NCBI GenBank assembly: GCA_964616165.1
Contig: CAZTTS010000003.1
Span: 4,349 to 68,348 of the forward strand
Length of the DNA stretch: 64,000 nt
Direction of reading: 5' to 3'
Source of the DNA: an uncultured Lachnospiraceae bacterium
GTDB taxonomy: Bacteria; Bacillota; Clostridia; TANB77; CAG-508
The notes beneath the pieces are model-generated. The model did no database searches, had not been told where the DNA came from, and saw nothing but the letters and a program-made list of their open reading frames with translations. Below, in pieces: positions 19,045 through 28,523 of this stretch; position 1 is the stretch's first letter; each line of letters begins with the position of its first letter. Position numbers and translations under genes: made by a program.

Positions 19045-19401
19045 TTAGTCTTTATCTTTATCATTCATTTCTTTAGACACTTGATCAATTAATGCATCTA
19101 TTCTTTGTCCTCTTTCTATAACTTCATCCATTAAAAATTCTACACTTGGTGTTTTCTTAAAGTTTAACTCTTTAGCTATTCTTGTTCTAACATAGCCCTT
19201 AGATTTATTTAATGCTTCTAGTGTATTTTCTTTGTTTTTAGAATTTAATATTGAAACATAAATTTTAGAATGACTAAAATCTGCATAAGTTTCAACTGCT
19301 TGTACAGTTATAAGACCTGTAATATTGGCATTATTTAGTTCTGTATCTATAATTTTTGATACTAATTTTTTAATTTCAGAATTAATTTTTAACATTCTCA
19401 T
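19045..19401 (-). CDS. rbfA: Ribosome-binding factor A
   Basis: ALNKSKGYVR..IAKELNFKKTPSVEFLMDEVIERGQRIDALI; follows infB. Confidence 0.95.
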   Translation of the reverse strand: MRMLKINSEIKKLVSKIIDTELNNANITGLITVQAVETYADFSHSKIYVSILNSKNKENTLEALNKSKGYVRTRIAKELNFKKTPSVEFLMDEVIERGQRIDALIDQVSKEMNDKDKD

Positions 19402-19403
19402 AA

Positions 19404-22004
19404 TTATTTCTCACTTTCTGCTTTAGTTTTTGTTCTTTTAGGTGGGAGCGTTCTTTTTACTTCTTGCATTTCATAAGCTTCCAATATATCCGATTCATTA
19501 ATATCATTAAATTTTTCTAGAAGAATACCACATTCATAACCTTTAGCAACTTCTTTAGTATCATCTTTTTCTCTTTTGAGAGAACTAATTTTAGTGTCTG
19601 CAATAACCACATTATCTCTAAGTACTCTAACAAGTGAATTCCTTGTTATTTTACCACTTTGTACTAAACAACCTGCAATTGTACCAAGTGCTGATACTTT
19701 AAATAGATTTCTAACTTCAGCTGTACCTATAATTACTTCTTCATATTTTTTATCTAACATACCAAGCATTGCACTCTCTATTTCTTCTAATGCTGAATAA
19801 ATAACTGAAAAAGTTTTTATTTCTACTCCTAAAAGTTCTGCTTCAGATTTAGCAATAGTGTCTGGTCTAACATTAAAAGCAATAATTATACCATTTGATA
19901 CTTTAGCTAAATTAACATCATTCTCAGATACAGCACCAGTATTGGCATGAATAACTTTTACCGTAATCTCTTCATTAGACAATTCTTCTAAAGAATTCTT
20001 TAGTGCTTCTGCTGAACCTTGAACATCTGCTTTAACTATTAAATTAAGAGTTTTCATATTGTTTAGGGCTAATGTTTCTTGTAATTTATCTAATGTTACA
20101 GCATTATTATGCATTAATCTCTTCTCACGACTTTCTCTTTTTCTTCTCTCAACTAATTGTTTTGCTGTTTTTTCATCTTTTACTTTATAGAAAGTTTCTC
20201 CAGCTTTAGGAACAGCATTAAGCCCTATTATTTCAACTGGCATAGATGCAGTGGCTTTTTGAATTTCTTTACCTTTATCATTTATCATTTTTCTAATTCT
20301 ACCAACTAGAGTTCCAACAACTATTGTATCACCAGAATTTAATGTTCCTCTTCTTATTAATAGCGTGGCAATAGGCCCTATACTTTTATCTAATCTAGCT
20401 TCAATTACTGAACCTTTAGCTTGCTTTTTAGGATTTGTTTTTAGTTCCATAACATCTGATTGAAGTAGTACCATTTCTAGTAAATCATCAATTCCTGTTT
20501 TATCTTTTGCAGAAATTGGAACAAATATTGTGTCTCCACCCCATTCATCAGAAACTAAGTCATAATTCATTAAGTCTTGTTTAATTTTCTCTGGATTTGC
20601 TCCTGGTAAATCCATTTTATTTATTGCAACAATAATTGGTAATTCAGAAGTTTTAGCATGATTAATCGCTTCAACTGTTTGAGGCATAACACCATCGTTT
20701 GCAGCTACAACCAAAATTGCTAAATCTGTTATTTTTGCACCTCTTGCTCTTAGCATCGTAAAGGCTTCATGTCCTGGAGTATCTAAAAAAGTTACATCTC
20801 TATTTTTAACCTTAACTTGATATGCACCAATATGTTGTGTAATACCACCTGATTCTTTTTCCACTTGTTGAGTTTCTCTTATTGCATCCAATAATGAAGT
20901 TTTACCATGATCAACATGCCCCATTACAACTACTACTGGTGGTCTATCTTCTAAATCTTCTTTCTTGTCTTCTGTGTCATCAAATAACTTTTCTTCATAA
21001 GTTACTTCTACTTTCTTTTCAGCTTCTATCCCAAATTCTTGAGCAACAAGAAAAGCTGTATCAAAATCAATTGATGAATTTATAGTTGTCATTATTCCAT
21101 AATCTAATAGTTTCTTTAGCACTTCAGCAGCTGTTTTTTTAATTGTTTTTGAAAAATCTTTAACTGATATTATTTCTGGAATAACTATTTTTTCTAGTTT
21201 TGAAGCATCTTCTAATTCTTTCTTCTTTTGTCTTTTATCTTTTTTTATAGCTGATGTTCTTCTTCTTCCTGAAAAAGTTACATCATAATAGTCTAGCATC
21301 TGACCAGATTCAAACATTTTTGAAAGATCAGTTGTTCTTCTTAATGCTTCTAATTTTGCATCATCAATTTCCTCAAATTCTTCAGGAGTTCTTCTTACTT
21401 TAGGTTTTCTCTCTTCTTGTTTTTGTTCTCTTTGTTTTTCTCTTGCTCTACCCTGTCTTTCTCTTTCAAATTCATTATCTTTGAACAAAGGTATTTCTAT
21501 TTCAGGCTTTGAATCTGTTTTCCCTCTACCTCTACCTACAACCTCTACTCTCCCTCTTTTTATTTCTTTATCAAAGTCTTTTGGTTTAAAATCAGTATCT
21601 CTAGGAGTTCTAGGTGTTCTGGTAGTTTTTGTATCTCTATCTGTTCTCGCAGTTCTTTCTCTAGGTTTTGTACCAACAGTTCTTGAAGATTGTTTTTTAT
21701 CAGATGAAGAAATTCTCTCTTGTTTTTCAACTTTTTCCTCTTTTGATGGTTTAGGTTGAAGACCAAAAAGCTCACTAACAGAAAGAGGTTTATCTTTTCT
21801 CTCTCTGTACACAATATTATAGTCTTGAGACGAAGACTTTTTTTGAACCTTACCCAAATCAGACCTTGTATCTTTTTTCTGTACTTCTGTTTGAGCAGGC
21901 TTTTTACTTTTATCATCCTTGAGTATAACTTCTCTACGGATAATAAATGGTTCGTCTTGCTTTAATTTTTCTTCTTCTTTTTCTTTTTGATCCTTTTTAC
22001 TCAT
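19404..22004 (-). CDS. infB: Translation initiation factor IF-2
   Basis: RPPVVVVMGHVDHGKTSLLD, DTPGHEAF, NKMD, C-terminal GYECGI. Confidence 0.98.
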   Translation of the reverse strand: MSKKDQKEKEEEKLKQDEPFIIRREVILKDDKSKKPAQTEVQKKDTRSDLGKVQKKSSSQDYNIVYRERKDKPLSVSELFGLQPKPSKEEKVEKQERISSSDKKQSSRTVGTKPRERTARTDRDTKTTRTPRTPRDTDFKPKDFDKEIKRGRVEVVGRGRGKTDSKPEIEIPLFKDNEFERERQGRAREKQREQKQEERKPKVRRTPEEFEEIDDAKLEALRRTTDLSKMFESGQMLDYYDVTFSGRRRTSAIKKDKRQKKKELEDASKLEKIVIPEIISVKDFSKTIKKTAAEVLKKLLDYGIMTTINSSIDFDTAFLVAQEFGIEAEKKVEVTYEEKLFDDTEDKKEDLEDRPPVVVVMGHVDHGKTSLLDAIRETQQVEKESGGITQHIGAYQVKVKNRDVTFLDTPGHEAFTMLRARGAKITDLAILVVAANDGVMPQTVEAINHAKTSELPIIVAINKMDLPGANPEKIKQDLMNYDLVSDEWGGDTIFVPISAKDKTGIDDLLEMVLLQSDVMELKTNPKKQAKGSVIEARLDKSIGPIATLLIRRGTLNSGDTIVVGTLVGRIRKMINDKGKEIQKATASMPVEIIGLNAVPKAGETFYKVKDEKTAKQLVERRKRESREKRLMHNNAVTLDKLQETLALNNMKTLNLIVKADVQGSAEALKNSLEELSNEEITVKVIHANTGAVSENDVNLAKVSNGIIIAFNVRPDTIAKSEAELLGVEIKTFSVIYSALEEIESAMLGMLDKKYEEVIIGTAEVRNLFKVSALGTIAGCLVQSGKITRNSLVRVLRDNVVIADTKISSLKREKDDTKEVAKGYECGILLEKFNDINESDILEAYEMQEVKRTLPPKRTKTKAESEK

Positions 22005-22333
22005 TTTTTCCTCGCTAATTCCTCGTTTATTACATTTGTTATTTCTTCTTTAATTTCTTCAATCTTATCACTTTTTATATTTCTTTTTATTCTTTTTTGT
22101 AAAAAATTTCTTTCAAGAGATTTGTCTAAACATGCGATAGAACACACATATACTCCTCTACCACCAAATGTTTGATCTTTATCAAAAATTATATTATTTG
22201 TTCTTTTATTTGTGTTGTCATTAGAATTTGCATCTTTATCTTTATTCTTTATATTTGCTATTCGATACATTTCTTGTTTTTCTTTTTTAATATAACAACC
22301 CAAACATGTTCTAATATTCTTTTTATTTCTCAT
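22001..22333 (-). CDS. ylxR: YlxR/RnpM family RNA-binding protein (DUF448)
   Basis: RTCLGC...GRGVYVCS..CL; between nusA and infB. Confidence 0.9.
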   Translation of the reverse strand: MRNKKNIRTCLGCYIKKEKQEMYRIANIKNKDKDANSNDNTNKRTNNIIFDKDQTFGGRGVYVCSIACLDKSLERNFLQKRIKRNIKSDKIEEIKEEITNVINEELARKK

Positions 22334-22336
22334 AAA

Positions 22337-23551
22337 TTATTCTTTTTCTTCTACTACTTCCTCTATTTCTTCCACTTTTGTTATTTCTTCTTTATCATTT
22401 AATATTTCTTCTTTTTTAAGAGCTTCCATTGCTTCTTCTTCCATCAGACTTATAGCAAAGTCTTCTTCAATATTAGTGTGTTGAGCTTGTAATGCTTCAA
22501 TAATTTCTCTAAATTGAGATTCGCTCTTAATATCTATTTTCCATAAAGTTAAATTTGCAGCAAGTCTAACATTTTGTCCGCCTTTTCCTATGGCTAATGA
22601 TAATTGATCATCAGGAACAATTACTTGTGCAAAAGTTTCTTCTGAATGAATATCAACAGCTAATATTTCTGCCGGCAATAAGGCTGAACCAATATATGTT
22701 GCTGGATCTTCATTCCACTCAACAACATCAATTTTTTCTCCATTTAGTTCATTAATTATGTTTTGTATTCTTATTCCCTTTTGTCCAACACAAGAACCAA
22801 CAGGATCAATGTTTTCATTCATAGAATAAACTGCTATTTTAGTTCTACTTCCAGCATCTCTGGCTACTGACTTAATTTCTATTAAACCTTCTGCAATTTC
22901 TGGTATCTCATATTCAAACAATTTTTTTACAAATTCTGGACTTGTTCTAGACACAATAACTTGAATATCTCCTTTATCGTTTTTATTAACCGCTTGAACA
23001 TACACTCTAAGTTTTTGATTAACTCTGTATTCTTCTGTTGGTGATTGTTCTTTTTGAGGCATTATTCCTTCTAATTTTCCTAAGTCTAAAACAACAGCAT
23101 TACCTACTTTTTGAATACTTCCTAGTATGATTTCTCCAATTTTAGAACTATATTCTTCATATCTTACATCTTTTTCTTTTTCTCTTAGTTTTTGAATTAT
23201 TATTTGTTTACCTTTTTGTACAGCAATTCTACCAAAATCTTTTGGCTTAATAACTTCTTCTATAACACTGCCAACTTTAGCTTTTTTGTCTATTTTTTGA
23301 GCTTCTTCTAAAGTTATTTCCTTTACTGTGTTTCCAACTTTTTTAACAACTTTCTTTTCAACAATAAGATTTAAAAGCCCTTTCTTTTCATCAATAACAA
23401 TCTTAACATCTTCTTCAGTGTCATAATGTTCTTTATATGCTGCTTCTAATGCAAATTTAAGTGCATCTAATAAGAATTCTTTACTGATATTCTCTGTTTT
23501 TTCAATTTCTTCCATTGCTTTTAACAATGCTTTCATATCAATTGATCCCAT
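22337..23551 (-). CDS. nusA: Transcription termination/antitermination factor NusA
   Basis: FGRIAVQKGKQIIIQ, ARDAGSRTKIAV, DPVGSCVG, LAIGKGGQNVRLAA. Confidence 0.98.
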   Translation of the reverse strand: MGSIDMKALLKAMEEIEKTENISKEFLLDALKFALEAAYKEHYDTEEDVKIVIDEKKGLLNLIVEKKVVKKVGNTVKEITLEEAQKIDKKAKVGSVIEEVIKPKDFGRIAVQKGKQIIIQKLREKEKDVRYEEYSSKIGEIILGSIQKVGNAVVLDLGKLEGIMPQKEQSPTEEYRVNQKLRVYVQAVNKNDKGDIQVIVSRTSPEFVKKLFEYEIPEIAEGLIEIKSVARDAGSRTKIAVYSMNENIDPVGSCVGQKGIRIQNIINELNGEKIDVVEWNEDPATYIGSALLPAEILAVDIHSEETFAQVIVPDDQLSLAIGKGGQNVRLAANLTLWKIDIKSESQFREIIEALQAQHTNIEEDFAISLMEEEAMEALKKEEILNDKEEITKVEEIEEVVEEKE

Positions 23552-23578
23552 CTCAATTTCCTTCCTTTTATATAATTA

Positions 23579-23603
23579 AGGAGTGAGATCTGCTCTCACT
23601 CCT
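23579..23603 (-). promoter_or_regulatory. rimP-leader-like hairpin in the nusA 5' UTR
   Basis: Perfect 10-bp stem AGGAGTGAGA-gcaga-TCTCACTCCT, between a strong promoter and the nusA RBS. Confidence 0.6.
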
Positions 23604-23623
23604 CTACTATCTAATGCATACTT

Positions 23624-23652
23624 ATTTTAACTCATTTATTCTTGATTGTCAA
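23624..23652 (-). promoter_or_regulatory. SigA-type promoter of the nusA operon
   Basis: TTGACA-N17-TAAAAT. Confidence 0.8.
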
Positions 23653-23834
23653 GAATTTCCCGCTTTTATATGCCAAATATGTTAAAAACTTCAATATATT
23701 TCCTAATGAAATCTATTGAAACAAAAAAACACAGATAAATAATTTATCCATGTTTATTTATATTTTTATTATATTTTTATTTTAACTTAATCTTTTAAGT
23801 ACAAATTGTTTAATATTTTATCTTAAACATTATA

Positions 23835-24164
23835 TTAGTCTACATTATATTTAACAACTTTAACATATGCAAACACTGCAAAGATAGCTAGAGCTGCAAT
23901 AATATATACCATATTGCTATCAAATCCAGCATCTGGTAATACTTTATCATCTGCTACTTTATCATCTGCAAGTTTATCATCATTTACAGGAATAATTGTA
24001 CTACCTGAGCCTGTACCTGTACCTGTACCTGTACCTGTTCCTGTTCCTTCTTCTCCTATTACAGGTATTTCTGTTAAATCTGTCGCATAAATTTTTGCAG
24101 GAAAAATCATAAATCCTATTAATAATATAATAATTACGCTTAAAATTTTTAAACTTTTTTTCAT
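23835..24164 (-). CDS. Small sortase-anchored surface protein (LPDAG motif)
   Basis: Signal peptide (...IYA), (GT)n linker, LPDAG followed by TM helix and basic tail. Confidence 0.75.
   Translation of the reverse strand: MKKSLKILSVIIILLIGFMIFPAKIYATDLTEIPVIGEEGTGTGTGTGTGTGSGSTIIPVNDDKLADDKVADDKVLPDAGFDSNMVYIIAALAIFAVFAYVKVVKYNVD
24009..24047. repeat. 6-bp coding tandem repeat (CCTGTA/CCTGTT) encoding a Gly-Thr linker
   Basis: cctgtacctgtacctgtacctgtacctgttcctgttcct. Confidence 0.85.
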
Positions 24165-24298
24165 TTTCTTCTCCCCAACTAATATAATTGTTTTCTTTAT
24201 CTAATACTATTTATAACATTAATACATTGTATAAACAAGTATAAAACTTTATTATTCACATTAAGTTAATGTTTCGTTTATGTTACATTTGTGTTAAA

Positions 24299-24910
24299 TT
24301 ATTTTTTATGACTAAAAAGAAGGCCGTCATCAATGTCTAAAATCTCGGTTTCAAATTTAGTCTTGTCTTGCATAATATCAATAAATTTTCTAAGATTATT
24401 TACTATGGTTCTATGCTTTTTCTCATTATATTCACCTAATACATAACCTTTAAAAAGAACATTGTCAGCAATTATAATGCCATCTTTTTTTAAATGTTTT
24501 AATCCTAGTTTAAGAAAATTAATGTATTGCCCTTTTGCAGCATCTATAAATAATAGATCAAATTTATCTTCTTCAAGAAAACTTATATAATCATCAAAAA
24601 AAGTTGTAGTGCTTAAATATTGATTAGCATCAGCACATACCACTTTTATTTGTTTTTCTAATTTAAATTCATCTATATTTTTTTTAGCATCTAAAAATCT
24701 ATTTTGATTTTTTTCTATTGTAAAAACTTTAATATCTTTATTTGCTAGAGCAAAATTAATAGCAGAATAAGCTGTTGCTGTCCCTATTTCTAATATATTT
24801 CTGATATTATTCTTTGCTATAATATCTAAAATCACATTTAAAGTATTATCTTTTACAATAGGGATATTAGAGTTTAGGGCATCTTTCTTTAATTTATTTA
24901 ATGTCATCAT
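24299..24910 (-). CDS. SAM-dependent O-methyltransferase (YrrM/TrmR-like)
   Basis: ILEIGTATAYS, FDLLFIDAAKGQY, IIIADNVLFKG; start uncertain. Confidence 0.88.
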   Translation of the reverse strand: MMTLNKLKKDALNSNIPIVKDNTLNVILDIIAKNNIRNILEIGTATAYSAINFALANKDIKVFTIEKNQNRFLDAKKNIDEFKLEKQIKVVCADANQYLSTTTFFDDYISFLEEDKFDLLFIDAAKGQYINFLKLGLKHLKKDGIIIADNVLFKGYVLGEYNEKKHRTIVNNLRKFIDIMQDKTKFETEILDIDDGLLFSHKK

Positions 24911-25517
24911 AAAAACCATCTTCAACTAAATCTAGTATTTTATTCTTTAAAACTTCGTTTAATCTTTCTACCTCATCTTTATCTTTTGTTGTTTTATCTT
25001 TTCTTATCATAGTTGATAAATTAAATTTATCTCCAACCTTTAAGTAATTACCTTTTCTAAAGGGTTTTAATGGGCCATTTACAGCCACTGGTAAAACATC
25101 AACTTTTGTTTTCATTGCTATATATGCAGCACCCGATTTAAATTCTCCTTTATGTAGTCCCTTCCTAGTTCCTTCTGGGAAAATACCTAAAATTTTGTTT
25201 TCCTTAATTGTTTGAATCATATTTTTTAATGGTACAATATCTGTTCCATCTCTATCTACTAGAATTACATCAAATGCCCAAGCTAAAAATCTTCCAATTG
25301 GATTCCTTTTAACACTGCTTCTACCAACAAAAATAATTTCTTCACCTTTATATAACGACATAACAAAGAAAATATCAAAATAATTTCTATGATTAGATAC
25401 TAAAATAGCTGGTCCTTCTTTTATTACTTTTTCTTTGCCTATAACCTTCATTCTATACAAAAACATTAAGATTGATACTAAAGGTCTTGATATTGCTCTC
25501 GAAAATTTTTTTAACAT
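24894..25517 (-). CDS. plsC: 1-acyl-sn-glycerol-3-phosphate acyltransferase
   Basis: SNHRNYFD (NHxxxxD) and IFPEGTR motifs. Confidence 0.9.
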   Translation of the reverse strand: MLKKFSRAISRPLVSILMFLYRMKVIGKEKVIKEGPAILVSNHRNYFDIFFVMSLYKGEEIIFVGRSSVKRNPIGRFLAWAFDVILVDRDGTDIVPLKNMIQTIKENKILGIFPEGTRKGLHKGEFKSGAAYIAMKTKVDVLPVAVNGPLKPFRKGNYLKVGDKFNLSTMIRKDKTTKDKDEVERLNEVLKNKILDLVEDGFYDDIK

Positions 25518-25518
25518 T

Positions 25519-26235
25519 TTAATTCTTATCAACTTTCATATTATTTAATTCTTTTTTTCTGATTTTCCAATCAGGCATTAATTTATTTAGTAATTCTTTG
25601 AACTCTTTTCCATGATTATCGTGAATTAAATGTGATAATTCGTGTACCACTACATATTCAATTAGTCTTCTATCTTTTTTTGCCAATTCTAAAGAATATG
25701 TAATATTCTTTTTCTTGGTATTACAGCTTCCCCAGGTTCTTTTAAGTTTTCTTACTTTAATTTCATTAACTTTAAGATCTAATCGATCAGCCCATATTTC
25801 AGTTAAATCTGTCACTATAAAAATTAGGTTTTTTCTATACCAATTATCAATATATGCTTTCAAATAATCTTTATTATTATTTTTTCTTAGAATAAAAAGG
25901 TCTAGATATTCTCCATTTAATTCTACTTTTTCTTTAGAATATGTTTCTATTATATTAATTATATATTGTATTCCTAAATATTCAATAACTTCACCCGTTT
26001 TATATTCTAAAGATACAATTTTATTAAATTTAGAATGGTTTTTTTCAATCCACTCTCTTTTATCTTGAAGAAATTTATATATTTCTTTTTCGCTCAATTT
26101 AAAAGGAACAGATAAATTAATTGTTCCATCTGTTCTTATTGTCAAATTAATATTTTTAATTTTCTTTTTTAATATTTGAATATTAAAACCACGAAAATTA
26201 ATTTCTTTTTTTTCTATTATATTTTTTTTATCCAC
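25519..26235 (-). CDS. YgjP/DUF45 (SprT-like) zinc metallopeptidase family protein
   Basis: WGSCN, YVVVHELSHL, HGKEF..L....MPDWK. Confidence 0.9.
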   Translation of the reverse strand: MDKKNIIEKKEINFRGFNIQILKKKIKNINLTIRTDGTINLSVPFKLSEKEIYKFLQDKREWIEKNHSKFNKIVSLEYKTGEVIEYLGIQYIINIIETYSKEKVELNGEYLDLFILRKNNNKDYLKAYIDNWYRKNLIFIVTDLTEIWADRLDLKVNEIKVRKLKRTWGSCNTKKKNITYSLELAKKDRRLIEYVVVHELSHLIHDNHGKEFKELLNKLMPDWKIRKKELNNMKVDKN

Positions 26236-26249
26236 TTTTATTTTATCAA

Positions 26250-26510
26250 TTATTCTTGCACATCAAAATTTTCATCTACATTAACTATTTGTGTTGTGCT
26301 CTTATGAATAAAGTTTTTCTCAGTTAAATTTAAAATTTCTTTTTGTGTTATTAGTATTAATGACCCAAAAATAGCTATCATTACAAGTAATAGAAATAAT
26401 AACCATACTCCTAGTTTACGATAAAATTCTTCTACATCAAAAGGTTTATCAGACCATTTAAATTCTTTTTTCTCTTTTTTCACTTCTTTTTTTTCTTCTT
26501 TTTCATCCAT
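26250..26510 (-). CDS. Small hypothetical membrane protein
   Basis: Start moved to ATG 26510 (AGGAGG upstream); one TM helix. Confidence 0.6.
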   Translation of the reverse strand: MDEKEEKKEVKKEKKEFKWSDKPFDVEEFYRKLGVWLLFLLLVMIAIFGSLILITQKEILNLTEKNFIHKSTTQIVNVDENFDVQE

Positions 26511-26657
26511 ATCTTTATTTATTTTCCTCCTTAGTAACTTTATATAAATATTATATAAAGAAAAAAATGTTTTTTCAATATATACAATATATTTGTAAAA
26601 TTTAAACAAATATTATAATAATTTCTTTTATACATTGGTTCATTATTTTTTACAAAT

Positions 26658-26688
26658 AAAAAAGGCAATCGTATTGATTGCCTAATTA
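26658..26688 (-). terminator. Intrinsic terminator after rny
   Basis: AGGCAATC-gtatt-GATTGCCT stem followed by a T-tract on the minus strand. Confidence 0.75.
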
Positions 26689-26717
26689 TTTTCAAATTTA
26701 GTTTTTACTCTTTAATA

Positions 26718-28283
26718 TCACTGTTTTTTATTTTGTTTCGCATAGTCAACTTGTCTAGTTTCTCTTAAAATATTGATTTTAATTTGTCCAGGAAAAGCCA
26801 TTTCATTTTCAATTTTTTCTGCAACATCTTTTGCAAGTACAGTCATTTCTTCATCAGTAATTTTTTCTGGATTTACAATTAATCTTACTTCTCTTCCAGC
26901 TTGAATTGCATAAGATTTTTCCACTCCAGTAAAAGAATTTGCTATATTTTCTAATGATTCTAATCTCTTAATATAAGATTCAAAAGTATCTCTTCTAGCT
27001 CCGGGTCTAGATGCAGATATAGCGTCTGCTGCTTTTACAATTAGCGCTTCATTTGATTGAGGTTCTACATCATCATGATGTGATTCAACAGAATTTATTA
27101 TTAGCGGATCTTCTTTAAACTTTTTTAAAACTTCTACTCCTAATTCCACATGTGTTCCTACTGTGTCAGCGTCATGATCTAACGCTTTACCAATATCATG
27201 AAGTAAGGCTGCTCTTGCTGTTAATTCTGCTCTTAAACCTAATTCTTCAGCCATAATTTTAGCTAAATTTGAAACTTCAATAGAGTGAGTTAAGGCATTT
27301 TGTCCATAACTTGTTCTATACTTCAATTTACCTAATAATTTAATAATTTCAGGTGGTAATTTTGAAACTCCTGTTTCTAACATAGCTCTTTCACCCTCTT
27401 GTTGAATTGTTTCTTCAACCTCTAGCATTGCTTTATCTACTAATTCTTCTATTCTAGAAGGATGGATCCTTCCATCATTAATTAGTCCTTCTAATGCCAG
27501 TCTAGCGATTTCTCGTCTTACAGGGTCAAAAGCAGATATAGTAATAGATTCTGGAGTATCATCAATAATAAATTGAGCTCCTGTTAAGGTTTCTAATGTT
27601 TTAATATTTCTTCCTTCTCTACCTATAATTCTACCTTTCATGTCATCACTTGGGAGACTTACTACCGAAATTGTTGTTTCTGAAGTATGATCTGCTGCAC
27701 ATTTTTGTATAGCATGAGTAATTACTTCCTTTGCTTCCTTTTCTGCACTAGCTTTGATTGCTTCTTTTTGTTCTTGAATAAGTTTTGCTTTTTCAACTGT
27801 TAATTCTTTTTCTAATTCTGTTAAAACTAAAGACTTTGCTTCATCTCTTGTTAGTTGTGATATTTTAAGTAATTCTTCCTTTTTTTGTTCTTCTAAATTT
27901 TCTAGTTCTGTTTCTCTTGTTATTAATTCATTTTCAAAGTTGTATAATTCTTTTTCTTTTCTTTCTTGTCTTTCTTCTTTTTTGTCAATCTGTTCTTCTT
28001 TTTGAATTATCCTTCTTTCTTTAATACTTACTTCTTTTCTTCTTTCTTTTACTTCTTCATCAGCTAAATTTTTAATGTGTAATGCTTCTTCTTTTGATTT
28101 AATTATTTCGTTTTTATACGCTGTTTCAGCTTCTAATTTGGCTCTATCTAATATGTTTTTAGCTTCATTTTCAGCATTTTTCTTCTTTGCTTTTAAAATC
28201 AATTTATACATTAACATACCCAAGGGTATAAATATTATAGCTGAGCCGAAAAGAATAAGTATAGTTTTTAATACTTCATTCAT
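26718..28283 (-). CDS. rny: Ribonuclease Y
   Basis: N-terminal TM, coiled coil, KH (KGRIIGREGRNI), HD domain (LLHDIGKA), YAIQAGREVR. Confidence 0.97.
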   Translation of the reverse strand: MNEVLKTILILFGSAIIFIPLGMLMYKLILKAKKKNAENEAKNILDRAKLEAETAYKNEIIKSKEEALHIKNLADEEVKERRKEVSIKERRIIQKEEQIDKKEERQERKEKELYNFENELITRETELENLEEQKKEELLKISQLTRDEAKSLVLTELEKELTVEKAKLIQEQKEAIKASAEKEAKEVITHAIQKCAADHTSETTISVVSLPSDDMKGRIIGREGRNIKTLETLTGAQFIIDDTPESITISAFDPVRREIARLALEGLINDGRIHPSRIEELVDKAMLEVEETIQQEGERAMLETGVSKLPPEIIKLLGKLKYRTSYGQNALTHSIEVSNLAKIMAEELGLRAELTARAALLHDIGKALDHDADTVGTHVELGVEVLKKFKEDPLIINSVESHHDDVEPQSNEALIVKAADAISASRPGARRDTFESYIKRLESLENIANSFTGVEKSYAIQAGREVRLIVNPEKITDEEMTVLAKDVAEKIENEMAFPGQIKINILRETRQVDYAKQNKKQ

Positions 28284-28523
28284 TTTCTTTTCCCCTTTAT
28301 AAAATTTTCAATGTTCTTAATAGTTAAACACATCCTTTTCTTTTAATCTTTGATGTTTAACTATAATATTATCTATTATCAGTTTAATTTTCATTAATGT
28401 CTGTTAATAACTAAATTTATTATACAATATTAAACTAGTTTTTTCAAACAAAAATAAAATAATAAATCAAAATGAAATATTATTTTATTAATATTTTTAT
28501 TATTTTATTGTTTATTCTTTCTA

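Noticed and set aside
19404-22004. Low-complexity Lys/Arg/Glu/Asn insertions in infB, miaB, priA, ylxR and hemW
   Set aside because: Variable linker expansions expected in AT-rich genomes; frames and catalytic motifs are intact.
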